Positions 1 through 8,867 of a stretch of DNA of 38,684 bases are shown here, one piece after another. The notes under the pieces are model-generated. The model did no database searches and was not told the origin of the DNA. It saw only the letters and a program-made list of their open reading frames with translations. The DNA lies in the NCBI GenBank assembly GCA_041613315.1, contig JBFJHJ010000031.1, forward strand, positions 1 to 38,684, in the 5' to 3' direction. The stretch's first letter is position 1. Every line of letters starts with the position of its first letter. The DNA comes from Gemmatimonadales bacterium. GTDB taxonomy: Bacteria; Gemmatimonadota; Gemmatimonadetes; Gemmatimonadales; GWC2-71-9. A program made the position numbers and the translations under genes.

Positions 1-236
1 GCGCCGCCCCCGCCCTCCCGCCCGGCGAGCAGCACCGGGAGCGCCCCCTTGGCTACGTCGAACGCCGCGACCGGTGCGGCGAACTTCCAGCCCAACACGC
101 GGTAGACGTTCGTGGCGCCGAGGTTCCCGCTTCCGTACTCACGCAGATCCGTGCGCCCACCGAGGCGACCGGCCAGATAGCTGGCGGGGACGGCACCCAG
201 CAGGTACGCGCCAAGGATCCAGAGGGCCGCCGTCAT
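1..236 (-). CDS. plsY: Glycerol-3-phosphate acyltransferase PlsY (N-terminal part; runs off window start)
   Basis: Not in the ORF track. Manual translation from ATG at 236: MTAALWILGAYLLGAVPASYLAG...DLREYGSGNLGATNVYRVLGWK...FDVAKG, which carries the PlsY motifs YLLG and GSGNxGATNxxR. ATGA overlap with the der stop. Confidence 0.95.
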   Translation of the reverse strand, partial: MTAALWILGAYLLGAVPASYLAGRLGGRTDLREYGSGNLGATNVYRVLGWKFAAPVAAFDVAKGALPVLLAGREGGGG

Positions 237-1555
237 CGGCGATTCCGCTTCCGCCGGAACTTGAGGCGGAGTGGCGAGCCCGTGAACGGCCACACATCGC
301 GGAACCCGTGCTCGAGGTAGCGCTGGTAGGCGTCCGGGATCGCGTCCGGCCGGTTGGTCACGATCGCGAAGGACGGCGGGCACGTCCCCACCTGCGAGCC
401 GTACAGCAGGTTCACCTCCTGCCCGTGCGTCTGTGGTGGCTGGTTCCGCGCGACCAGCTCGCGGAGCACCCGATTGACCTCGGCGGTGGGCACCCGCCGC
501 TGGCGAGCCTCCGCCACCGCCAGGATGAGATCGAGGAGCTTGCGGACCCGCTGGCCCGACAGCGCCGACACGTACACGAACGGCACGGCCCGAAGGAATG
601 GCGCCCGGTCCACCACGTCTCGCTCGCCGCGGACAGCCGTGGTCGTGTCTTTGTCCTCAATCAGGTCCCATTTGTTGACCGCGATAATGAGGCCGGCACC
701 GCGCTCCCAAGCCGCCTGGGCCACCCGGATGTCCTGAAGGTGCACCCCCTGGGTCGCGTCCACGACCAGGACGCACACCTCGGCGCGCTCGATCGCGCGC
801 TCGGTCCGCAGGGCGGAATAGAACTCGATCTCATCTTCTACTTTCGATCGCTTCCGTAACCCCGCAGTATCAATGAAGTTGAGCGAGAGCCCCTTGTACC
901 GCAAGGGGGAATCCACGGCGTCCCGAGTGGTCCCGGCTTCCGGCGCGACGACCGCACGCTCCTCTCCCAGCAGGCGGTTCAACACACTCGACTTGCCGAC
1001 GTTGGGGCGCCCCACGACGGCCACGTCGATCATCTCCTCGGTGGTGTCGGGCGCCTGGTGCGGCAAAAGCCGGGCGAGCCGGTCGAGGAGGTCGCCACTG
1101 CCCTTCCCCGTGGCGGCGGAGACGGCCTGGGGATCGCCCAGGCCGAGCTCGTGGAACGCGTGGTAGGAGACATCGTCGGGGAGGGCGTCGGCCTTGTTGG
1201 CCACCACGATCACGCGGTCGCCGTACGAACGCAGCAGGCCTGCGACTTCCTGGTCGACCGGATGGACTCCCGCTTGCGTGTCCACGACGAACAGGATCGC
1301 GTCGGACGCGTCGATCGCTAACTGGATCTGGCGGCGGATCGCTTGGCTCAAGGCGTCGCGGTCCCGCACGATCCAGCCCCCGGTGTCCACCAGCCAAAAC
1401 GGCTTGCCGGCCCACTCGCTGCGGGCGAAGTGCCGGTCGCGGGTGATCCCGGGGCGCTCGTCGACGATGGCCCGGCGCCCGCCCACGATGCGGTTGAACA
1501 GCGTCGATTTGCCGACGTTCGGTCGCCCGACGATGGCGACCGTGGCGCGCGTCAC
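233..1555 (-). CDS. der: Ribosome biogenesis GTPase Der (EngA)
   Basis: Two tandem G-domains (GRPNVGKS twice, DTGG/DTAG, NKAD/NKWD) plus a C-terminal KH-like domain. Start re-assigned to GTG 1555 (GTGA overlap with the upstream stop); the ORF-track extension to 2125 is spurious. Confidence 0.97.
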   Translation of the reverse strand: MTRATVAIVGRPNVGKSTLFNRIVGGRRAIVDERPGITRDRHFARSEWAGKPFWLVDTGGWIVRDRDALSQAIRRQIQLAIDASDAILFVVDTQAGVHPVDQEVAGLLRSYGDRVIVVANKADALPDDVSYHAFHELGLGDPQAVSAATGKGSGDLLDRLARLLPHQAPDTTEEMIDVAVVGRPNVGKSSVLNRLLGEERAVVAPEAGTTRDAVDSPLRYKGLSLNFIDTAGLRKRSKVEDEIEFYSALRTERAIERAEVCVLVVDATQGVHLQDIRVAQAAWERGAGLIIAVNKWDLIEDKDTTTAVRGERDVVDRAPFLRAVPFVYVSALSGQRVRKLLDLILAVAEARQRRVPTAEVNRVLRELVARNQPPQTHGQEVNLLYGSQVGTCPPSFAIVTNRPDAIPDAYQRYLEHGFRDVWPFTGSPLRLKFRRKRNRR

Positions 1556-2829
1556 ACCGCCGCGCCCACGGCCAGGGCGTCCGTGAAGTGGTAGGAAAGC
1601 CGGATCTCCACCGGCGCGGCGGCCTTGAGGGCGGCGACCGAGAGATCGTCCACGAAGTGGCCGTCGTCGTTCACGGCCTCTGCGGGCAGGAGTGCCAGGT
1701 CGAGATCCGGGCGCGACCGGAGGGCCTCGAGGAACGCCCGCCCGGGAAGTAGCCCCGCCGACGTGACCGTCGGGCCGAAGAGGTCGTTGCGGAGAGTCAG
1801 GAGCTCGAAGCGGGCCGCCGTGCGCGCGTGGAGCACCTCGAGGACGTGGGGCATGAGCCGTCCCATCGCGGTCCCCGTGAGCACGCCCACGGTGACGCCG
1901 TCGAGGTCGCCCAACGCGTCCGCGTCGTGCGTGATCCGCTGCTGGAGATAGCGCACGCTGCCCACTCCGTTCTCCACCTGTTCGAATCCGTCGTAGCGGG
2001 CGGCGGGCGGCAGTGGCAGCTCGGCGACGATATAGAGATCGTCGGAGCCATACACCCAATGCCGGTCCCGCTCCCTCCGCGCCCGCTGAGCGACCTGCTC
2101 GACCGTGGCCAGCGCTGCGCGACACTCCTCGCGCGTCGGCTCGCGCACGAGGTGCTGCTTGCTGAACTCCGTGAGCCCGACCGGGACGACCGAGACCGAG
2201 AGCACGGCGTCCCCCAACCGGTAGAGGTCGTCCAGGCTCTGGTCCAAGACGGCGCCGTCGTTCACGCCGGGCTGGAGCACGATCTGCGTGTGGAAGCGGA
2301 TGCCGCCGGCGGCGAAGGCCGCGAGTTGCTCGCGGACTGCCGGCGCGCGCGGATTACGGAGCAGCCGCCGCCGCACGACCGGATCGGTCGCGTGGACCGA
2401 GACGTAGAGCGGCGACAGGCGATACTCGAGGATCCGCTCGATGTCCGTGGGCTTCAGGTTGGTGAGCGTGGCGAAGTTGCCGTGCCGAAACGAGAGCCGG
2501 TAGTCGTCGTCACGAACATACAAAGTCTCCCGCAGGCCCTCCGGAAGGCCGTCCACGAAGCAGAAGTCACAGCGATTGCCGCAGCGCCGGACGCGCGGCG
2601 GTTCGAGCTCGACGCCGAGCGGCAGGCCCTCGGGGCGTTCGACGTCGAACTCGATGAGCTCGCCCTCGGGCGACATCGCCAGGAGAGCGAACCGGTCGTC
2701 GGCCGTCAGGAACTCCCAATCCAGGAAGTCGCCGAGGTCCCGTCCGTTCACCGAGCGGAGCTCGTAGCCCGGCCGGAGGCCGAGCTCGGCCCCGAGGGAG
2801 TCGGGGTGGACGGTCCGGACGCGGATCAT
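1552..2829 (-). CDS. DUF512-family putative radical SAM FeS protein with N-terminal PDZ-like domain
   Basis: CxxxCxxC motif (CGNRCDFCFVD), RETLYVRDDDYRLSFRHGNF and LSPLYVSVHAT motifs; N-terminal PDS-x-G/LRPG/SVNG PDZ-like segment. Confidence 0.88.
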   Translation of the reverse strand: MIRVRTVHPDSLGAELGLRPGYELRSVNGRDLGDFLDWEFLTADDRFALLAMSPEGELIEFDVERPEGLPLGVELEPPRVRRCGNRCDFCFVDGLPEGLRETLYVRDDDYRLSFRHGNFATLTNLKPTDIERILEYRLSPLYVSVHATDPVVRRRLLRNPRAPAVREQLAAFAAGGIRFHTQIVLQPGVNDGAVLDQSLDDLYRLGDAVLSVSVVPVGLTEFSKQHLVREPTREECRAALATVEQVAQRARRERDRHWVYGSDDLYIVAELPLPPAARYDGFEQVENGVGSVRYLQQRITHDADALGDLDGVTVGVLTGTAMGRLMPHVLEVLHARTAARFELLTLRNDLFGPTVTSAGLLPGRAFLEALRSRPDLDLALLPAEAVNDDGHFVDDLSVAALKAAAPVEIRLSYHFTDALAVGAAV

Positions 2830-2873
2830 TCGGTCGTTGCGCCGTCGGTGAGGAAGGCGGGCCCGGTGCGATC

Positions 2874-2930
2874 AAAGGGGGCAGCGATCGCGTCGCGAAA
2901 GTCGTCCCTCGCGCCGTCTTCACTACCCCC
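2874..2930 (-). terminator. Long stem-loop downstream of tRNA-Gly, possible intrinsic terminator or processing site
   Basis: Minus strand GGGGGUAGUGA pairs with UCGCUGCCCCC (11 bp including G-U); inner stem CGCGAGGG/CUUUCGCG with ACGA loop; followed by only UUUG. Confidence 0.45.
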
Positions 2931-2956
2931 GCTGCTGTCCCTGCATGGTGCTCCAG

Positions 2957-3028
<72 letters not shown>

Positions 3029-3039
3029 GAGATGAGCGG

Positions 3040-3069
3040 AGTATGCCGGAACCTCCGCCCACCTGTCAA
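3040..3069 (-). promoter_or_regulatory. Sigma70-type promoter for tRNA-Gly
   Basis: TTGACA (3069-3064), 18-nt spacer, CATACT (3045-3040), ending 11 nt before the tRNA 5' end. Confidence 0.75.
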
Positions 3070-3079
3070 GCGATCGAAC

Positions 3080-4486
3080 TCAGGATGAGCCGACCTTATA
3101 CCGCCAAGCCACGACGTTTTCCGCGCCCGGCCGGAAGCTGAACTCCGCCGCGCCGCCCGCGGCAATGGCGCTCGCCTGCACCGAATCGGTCGTCACCACG
3201 TTCCCCTGGACATCGAGGAACTCAAAGGTCACCGGTGGCACCTGCACCGCTGCCTTGCCGTTGTTGCGGATCCGCCCTTGAAGGTTGAACCCGGTCTGTG
3301 TGCTCTGCTGGACGTCCACCAGAATCTCGAACGGCAGCCGATCGGCGCGCCGAATGACGATCTGCACCGAGTCCTGCTTGTTTTGCAGCTGCAGCGAGGC
3401 GGCCAGCAGCCGCAGCGCCTCACCGTTCTGCGGGTGCAGCTGCACCAGCCGCTCACTGAGCTGCTGCATCGTGCGGCCGAGTTCGCGCCGGCGTGCCGCC
3501 GGGACGTCGTCCGGACTCGCCATCGCGAGATACGTGCTCGCCAGATTGTGCAGCCCCGGCTGCGAGTACTGGTTCTTCTCGAGAGCGAGCTGGAACGCCT
3601 TTTCCGCGTCCCGCAAGCGTTCCACGCGGAAATATGTCTCGCCCGCACGCAGCAGATCGACCGCGCGCATCATGCCGTGGTGCGCCACGATGCTGTCGTA
3701 CACCACGAGGGCCTGCTCCTGGTCGCCGGCGAACGTGTACACTTCCGCGAGCGCCGACAGCGCCTGCGGGTCCTCCGGGAACATCTTCCGGTAGGTCTTG
3801 AACCACGCCGCGGCCGAGTCGTACTCTTGGTTGATGCTGTACAGCAGCGCCGTGTTGAACACCGACACGTCGTAGTTCTCCTGACGCGTCGTGTCCTCCG
3901 GCGGGCCCATCCCCACCACCGTCTTGAAGTAATACAGTGCGCTGTCGCTCTCGCCCTCGTTCGCGAACACGCGCCCGAGGTAGTAAAAACCGATGTTGTC
4001 CTTCTGGTAGATGGCGTTGGCTTTGCGGAGCAGCTCCTTCGTGCTGGCGTAGGCGCCGATCCGGAGGGAGTCGATCGCCTCGTTGATGATCGGAATCCAG
4101 ACCAGCTGCCGGTGTACGTTGATGTCATCAACGCACGTCGGTGCGAGCCGCGCGGCGCGATCAAAGGCGGAGTCGGTGCCGAACGGCTGGTCCAGCAAGG
4201 CGTACGTGCGCCCCAAGAAGTACCACACGGCCGCGTTCTCCGTCTCGCCGCGCGCCAGCGCCTCCTCCAGATTACGCTTCGAGTCCTGCAACAGCTGTAT
4301 GCGCTTGGCCGTGTTCTTTTCCTCCGAGGCCTTCTTCACGTACGTCACCGCGTTCTTCACCGCGAAGTGCCCCGTCTCCAACTCGCAATCCGGCGGGCGG
4401 TAGCCTTGCGCGCCCGCGGGACCGGCGCCCAACGCCACGACCAACGCGGCGCCCGCCGTTCCGACGACCAGTCTCGTTCCAAACAT
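3080..4486 (-). CDS. Exported tetratricopeptide-repeat protein with C-terminal Ig-like (FxLYD-type) domain
   Basis: Signal peptide (…AGAQG), several TPR-like helix pairs (AVWYFLGRTYALL, GFYYLGRVF, ALSALAEVY), C-terminal GRIRNNG…FEFLDVQG beta-sandwich; SD AGGAG. Confidence 0.8.
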   Translation of the reverse strand: MFGTRLVVGTAGAALVVALGAGPAGAQGYRPPDCELETGHFAVKNAVTYVKKASEEKNTAKRIQLLQDSKRNLEEALARGETENAAVWYFLGRTYALLDQPFGTDSAFDRAARLAPTCVDDINVHRQLVWIPIINEAIDSLRIGAYASTKELLRKANAIYQKDNIGFYYLGRVFANEGESDSALYYFKTVVGMGPPEDTTRQENYDVSVFNTALLYSINQEYDSAAAWFKTYRKMFPEDPQALSALAEVYTFAGDQEQALVVYDSIVAHHGMMRAVDLLRAGETYFRVERLRDAEKAFQLALEKNQYSQPGLHNLASTYLAMASPDDVPAARRRELGRTMQQLSERLVQLHPQNGEALRLLAASLQLQNKQDSVQIVIRRADRLPFEILVDVQQSTQTGFNLQGRIRNNGKAAVQVPPVTFEFLDVQGNVVTTDSVQASAIAAGGAAEFSFRPGAENVVAWRYKVGSS

Positions 4487-4507
4487 GCTTCGTTCTCCTG
4501 AGTCCTT

Positions 4508-5710
4508 TCAGGGGGTCAATTCCCCGTTCTGAAGTATCGCATCGGCGCGGCGCTCCGCCTGCCGCGCCACCTCGAGGGCGGGCCGGCCCAGTGCCGCCGC
4601 TGCCGCCACTACGTCGGTGAACTCGGGCTTGAGTCGCGTCCCGAAGGGGCCGTCCCAGACCTTGATCCGGATGCGGTGGGCGCCGTCCAGCTCCACGACC
4701 AGCTCCCGCCGGGCTAACGTCGCCCGCGACGTCGTCCACCGCCGCACGCCCGCCGTGGTACTATGCGCAAACAGCGCCGCCACGACGCGCTCCACCGCCT
4801 CGGGCTCGACCAGCGCCTCGAGCCGCATTGCCACCCGCCCCTTCTTCCCCTGGGTCGGCCAGACCACGCAATCCAACGCTCCCGCCGCGAACAGCGCTTC
4901 GCGCAGCGGCTCGATGTACTCGGGCTGAAGGTCGTCCATGTCGGTCGCGATGACTTCCACCACCCCAGCCTCGGCGGCCACCTCCGCGAAGAGCACGCGC
5001 AACGCGTTGGGGTAACCGCTCGGGTCGCGCTCCCCCGCGCCCCAGGCGCTTCCCGCGAGCCGCCACGTGGGGGGGGGCGCGCCCTCGGACAACACCCGCA
5101 CCAACGCGGCTCCCGTCGGCGTCGTCGCCTCGCCGCTGACGGGGCCGCCTGAGCGAACCTCGACCCCCTCGAGCAACAGCGCCGTCGCCGGGGCCGGCAC
5201 CGGGAGCTCCCCGTGCACCGCGTCCACCCAGCCCGAACCGACCGCCACCGGCAAGTTGTACACTGCCTCTACCCCCAACCGCTCGAACCCTTCCACCCCG
5301 CCCACGATGTCGAGGACGGCGTCCACCGCCCCCACTTCGTGCAAGTGGACCTGCGCCGGCGACACGCCGTGGACCCGTCCCTCGGCCTCGCCCACCAGCT
5401 CGAACGCACGAACGGCGCGCGCCTTGACCGACTCGGAGCACGGCGCGCGGCGAACTATCTCGATCAACTCACCGACGTGGCGCCCGTGCGCCCCCGAACC
5501 CCCGCCTGGGTCCTCCGGGATCTCGAACGTGACCTTCGTGGCGGTGACCGAGGCGCGGACGACCTTCCGGACCCGGACGCCGACGTCGGGGAATCCCAGC
5601 CGCTTCGGCAGCGTCTCGAGCCAAGCGGGCTCCAGCCCGGCGTCCATCAGGGCGCCAAGCAGCATGTCCCCGCTGATCCCTGCGACGGGGTCCAGAATAG
5701 CGATCCGCAT
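4508..5710 (-). CDS. larC: Nickel pincer cofactor biosynthesis protein LarC
   Basis: MRIAILDPVAGISGDMLLGAL, AEGRVHG, VHLHEVGAVDAVLDIVG, HGELPVPAPAT, TPTGAA, TDMDD, KPEF motifs. Start re-assigned to ATG 5710. Confidence 0.93.
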   Translation of the reverse strand: MRIAILDPVAGISGDMLLGALMDAGLEPAWLETLPKRLGFPDVGVRVRKVVRASVTATKVTFEIPEDPGGGSGAHGRHVGELIEIVRRAPCSESVKARAVRAFELVGEAEGRVHGVSPAQVHLHEVGAVDAVLDIVGGVEGFERLGVEAVYNLPVAVGSGWVDAVHGELPVPAPATALLLEGVEVRSGGPVSGEATTPTGAALVRVLSEGAPPPTWRLAGSAWGAGERDPSGYPNALRVLFAEVAAEAGVVEVIATDMDDLQPEYIEPLREALFAAGALDCVVWPTQGKKGRVAMRLEALVEPEAVERVVAALFAHSTTAGVRRWTTSRATLARRELVVELDGAHRIRIKVWDGPFGTRLKPEFTDVVAAAAALGRPALEVARQAERRADAILQNGELTP

Positions 5711-5738
5711 GTTGCCAGCGTAGTGAGCTAAATATCTC

Positions 5739-6890
5739 TCATGTCGAGCGATAAAGCCACCCGGCGCCCGTGTTGAAGAGCACCACCGTGTCCCGGGCCT
5801 GAATCGCCCCATGCGCCTTCAGCAGGTCCAGGGCGGCGAGCGCCGCCCCCCCTTCGGGGCTCCCGTCCACGCCCTCCTCGCCGGCGAGGCGTGCGGCCCC
5901 CTCCGTCAGCGACTTCTCGCTGACGGCGACCGCCGTCCCGCCACTCGCCGCGAGCGCCCTGAGGATCAGCCGATCGCCCAGGGGCGCCGGCACGCGCAGG
6001 CCCGCGGCCACGGTCTCCGGGTGCTCCCAGGGATCGGAGGTCCCCGCGCCGGCCTCGAACGCGCGCACGATCGGTGCGCACCCCGCCGCCTGAACGCTAT
6101 ACATCCGCGGCAGCGCCCCGCGGATCCAGCCGGCGTCCCGCAACTCGTTGAAAGCCTTCCACATACCGATGAGTCCGGTTCCGCCCCCCGTCGGGTAGAT
6201 CACGGCCTCGGGCAGGGACCAGCCAAGCTGCTCCGCCAGCTCGAGGCCCATGGTCTTCTTGCCTTCGATGCGGTACGGCTCGCGCAGCGTCGACACGTCG
6301 AACGCGTGGGCCCGGGCTCCGAAAGCGCGTGCGGCTTGGCCGCAGTCGCCGATGTGGCCGTCCACCAGCTCGAGCTCGGCGCCGTACAGCCGGATCTGCT
6401 CGAGGATCCGAGGCGGCGTCGTGCGCGGTGCAAAGATCCGCACCGGCACACCGGCGCGTCGGCCATACGCGCTCAGCGCCACGCCCGCGTTGCCTGCGGT
6501 GGGGGCGGTGAACCGCTCCGCGCCCCCGCGGGTCGCCCGGGTGACGGCCGCCGCCATGCCTCGGGCCTTGAAGGAGCCTGTCGGGTTCAGCGACTCGTCC
6601 TTGATCCACACACGCTGGAGCCCGAGTGCCTGCGCGAGTCGGGCAGCGGGAAGGAGCGGCGTGCCCCCTTCGCCCAGCGTGACGGGCTCTTCGTCGTCGG
6701 CAAGCGGGAGCCATTCTCGGTAGCGCCACATCGTCCACGGCCGATCGGCCAGGAGGTCGCGCAGCCCCGGCCGCGGCGCAGCGTGGTAGCGGACCAGCCA
6801 CGGGGCGCCACACTCGCACACGGTGGGCAGACCGTCTGCGTGACGAGTGGCCGAGCACTCGGAGCACGCCAGCGTCCAGCGGGGGCTCAC
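5739..6890 (-). CDS. thrC: Threonine synthase-like PLP-dependent enzyme
   Basis: TLGEGGTPL, KDESLNPTGSFKARG (PLP lysine), TAGNAG, YRIEGKKTMG, YPTGGGTG motifs; N-terminal CxxC/CxC. Confidence 0.85.
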   Translation of the reverse strand: MSPRWTLACSECSATRHADGLPTVCECGAPWLVRYHAAPRPGLRDLLADRPWTMWRYREWLPLADDEEPVTLGEGGTPLLPAARLAQALGLQRVWIKDESLNPTGSFKARGMAAAVTRATRGGAERFTAPTAGNAGVALSAYGRRAGVPVRIFAPRTTPPRILEQIRLYGAELELVDGHIGDCGQAARAFGARAHAFDVSTLREPYRIEGKKTMGLELAEQLGWSLPEAVIYPTGGGTGLIGMWKAFNELRDAGWIRGALPRMYSVQAAGCAPIVRAFEAGAGTSDPWEHPETVAAGLRVPAPLGDRLILRALAASGGTAVAVSEKSLTEGAARLAGEEGVDGSPEGGAALAALDLLKAHGAIQARDTVVLFNTGAGWLYRST

Positions 6891-8785
6891 GCGCGGAGGT
6901 GGCTGAGGATGCGGTCGGCGAGCTTGGTCGAGAACCCCGGCAGCGCCGCGATTTCCTCGGGCGTCGCCAGCCGCACGCTCGCCAGCGAGCCGAATTTCTC
7001 CAGGAGGATCCGGCGACGCTTCTCTCCCACGCCGGGGACGCTCAGCAGCTCGGACGTCACCGTGCGGGCCGAGCGCCGCGCGCGGCTGAAGGTGATCGCG
7101 AACCGGTGCGCCTCGTCTCGCAGCCGCTGCAGCAGCCGCAGCGACGGCGCCCGCGCCGGCAGCCGGAGCGGCTCCGCGCGCGCCGGCACGTAGATGTCCT
7201 CTTCCCGCTTGGCGAGGCTGACGACAGGAATGCCGGCGACGCCGACGTCCGTCATCGCCTCCCGCGCGGCGTTGAGCTGGCCCCGGCCGCCGTCGATGAC
7301 GACGAGATCGGGAAGCGGTTGTGCCTCCTCGCGTCGGCGGATCAGGAAGCGGGTCATGACCTCGTGGATGGCGGCGTAGTCGTCGGGGCGGTCGGAGGCG
7401 GTCGAGGGCGGTCGAGGGCGGCCAGATGGTTCGGACTCGACACCGCCTGCAGCCGCCGGCGGCCGCCCGTCAGCGGTCTCGGAGGTCGCCGCGCCCCGAA
7501 TCTTGTACTTCCGATACTCGCTCTTCTTCGGCCGGCCGGCTTCGAACCAGACGAGCGAGCCCACGGTATCCCGTCCCTGATTGGTCGAGATGTCGATGCA
7601 CACGATGCGGCGCGGCACTGCGGTCAGTCCCAGGTCGCGGCCCAGGGCGTAGACGGGATCCTCCACCCGCTCGTCGGCCTCGAACGACTCGATCCGGAGG
7701 CTCTCCAACAGATGGCGGGCGTTCTGGTCAGCCAGGGCGACGAGCCGGTGCTGGGCTCCCCGATGCGGCGTGAGCCACGTGGCGTCGGGCAGTAGCTCCT
7801 CGAGCGACGCCCGATCGATCGGGGAGAACGGCAACACGACTCGCCGCGCGCGGTCGTCCGCCCCCACGTAGTGCCGCACGAGGAAGGCGCTCAAGATCTC
7901 TTCGTCCGCCGCGTCGGCGAGGTTCTCGAGGAACCGTTGCTCCCGCGCCACCACTTTCCCCTCTCGCACGCGGAGTATCACCCCCACCGCGTCGTCTCCG
8001 TCACGGGCGTAGCCGATGGCGTCGGCGTCGCCCCCGCCCACGGACTCGACGCTCTGCGGCCGCTCGATCTGCTCCAACCACTGGATCGCGTTGCGGATCT
8101 CGGTCGCCCGCTCGAAGTCGAGCCGCCGAGCCGCCTCATCCATGCGCTCCCGGAGCCGGGTCCGCACTTCGACGGTCTTGCCTTCGAGGAACGCGAGCAC
8201 GTCGTCGATCATCCGCCGGTAGTCGGCGCGATCCTGGTACCCCACGCACGGGGCGAGGCACCGGTGGATGTGATAATCGAGACACGGCCGGTCCGGAGCG
8301 TCGTCCGGGAGGCCATAATGGCACGAGCGAACCGTGAAAATGCGCCGGATGATCCGCAGCGTCCGTCGCAGCACCGCGACGTCGGTATAGGGCCCGAAGT
8401 AGCGGGCGCCGGGGAGCGTCACCCGCCGCACGACCAGCACCCGCGGGAACGGCTCGCCGAGCGTGACGGCGATCGACGGGTAACTCTTGTCGTCGCGCAG
8501 ACGAATGTTGAACCGCGGCCGGTACTCCTTGATGAGGTTGTTCTCGAGCAGCAGGGCCTGCGACTCGGAGGGGACGACGATGGTCTCCAGATCAGCGATC
8601 AAGCGGACCAGCCTCGCGTGTTTGACACTATCGCCGGGCTCCGCGAAATAGCTACGCACCCGCTGGCGCAGGCGCTTTGCCTTGCCGACGTACAGCACCG
8701 CCCCGGCGGCGTCTTTCCACAGGTACACGCCGGGCTCGTCCGGGAGGGCGGCGAGCTTCCGCTCGAGCAATTCTGGAATGGTCAT
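6887..8785 (-). CDS. uvrC: Excinuclease ABC subunit C
   Basis: GIY-YIG (PGVYLW…LYVGKAKRLRQRVRSYF), Cys cluster, UVR motif (LDFERA), RNase H-like domain (DIS, DDY, IDGGRGQL), RDEAHRFA, HhH (VPGVG). Confidence 0.97.
   Translation of the reverse strand: MTIPELLERKLAALPDEPGVYLWKDAAGAVLYVGKAKRLRQRVRSYFAEPGDSVKHARLVRLIADLETIVVPSESQALLLENNLIKEYRPRFNIRLRDDKSYPSIAVTLGEPFPRVLVVRRVTLPGARYFGPYTDVAVLRRTLRIIRRIFTVRSCHYGLPDDAPDRPCLDYHIHRCLAPCVGYQDRADYRRMIDDVLAFLEGKTVEVRTRLRERMDEAARRLDFERATEIRNAIQWLEQIERPQSVESVGGGDADAIGYARDGDDAVGVILRVREGKVVAREQRFLENLADAADEEILSAFLVRHYVGADDRARRVVLPFSPIDRASLEELLPDATWLTPHRGAQHRLVALADQNARHLLESLRIESFEADERVEDPVYALGRDLGLTAVPRRIVCIDISTNQGRDTVGSLVWFEAGRPKKSEYRKYKIRGAATSETADGRPPAAAGGVESEPSGRPRPPSTASDRPDDYAAIHEVMTRFLIRRREEAQPLPDLVVIDGGRGQLNAAREAMTDVGVAGIPVVSLAKREEDIYVPARAEPLRLPARAPSLRLLQRLRDEAHRFAITFSRARRSARTVTSELLSVPGVGEKRRRILLEKFGSLASVRLATPEEIAALPGFSTKLADRILSHLRA
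7387..7467. repeat. Imperfect palindrome with 10-nt periodicity inside uvrC
   Basis: GGCGG(T/C)-N4 units at 7387, 7397, 7407, 7417; complementary (A/G)CCGCC-N4 units at 7442, 7452, 7462. Confidence 0.6.
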
Positions 8786-8867
8786 ACGATCGTGCGCGTG
8801 CGCGTGCGCCGATGTCGTCCGTTCGCGCTACGTGGTTCGCGGTCCGCACGCATGAGCGATCGAACGC

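Noticed and set aside
1556..2125. Long N-terminal extensions in the ORF track for der, bshC, lpxK, lolD, lysS, mcsB, lpxA, lpxC, bamA and gdh
   Set aside because: Arg/Gly/Pro-rich off-frame read-through of upstream genes; true starts sit at stop/start overlaps or have SD sequences.
4508..5710. larC1/larC2 programmed frameshift
   Set aside because: Both domains are in one continuous frame here.
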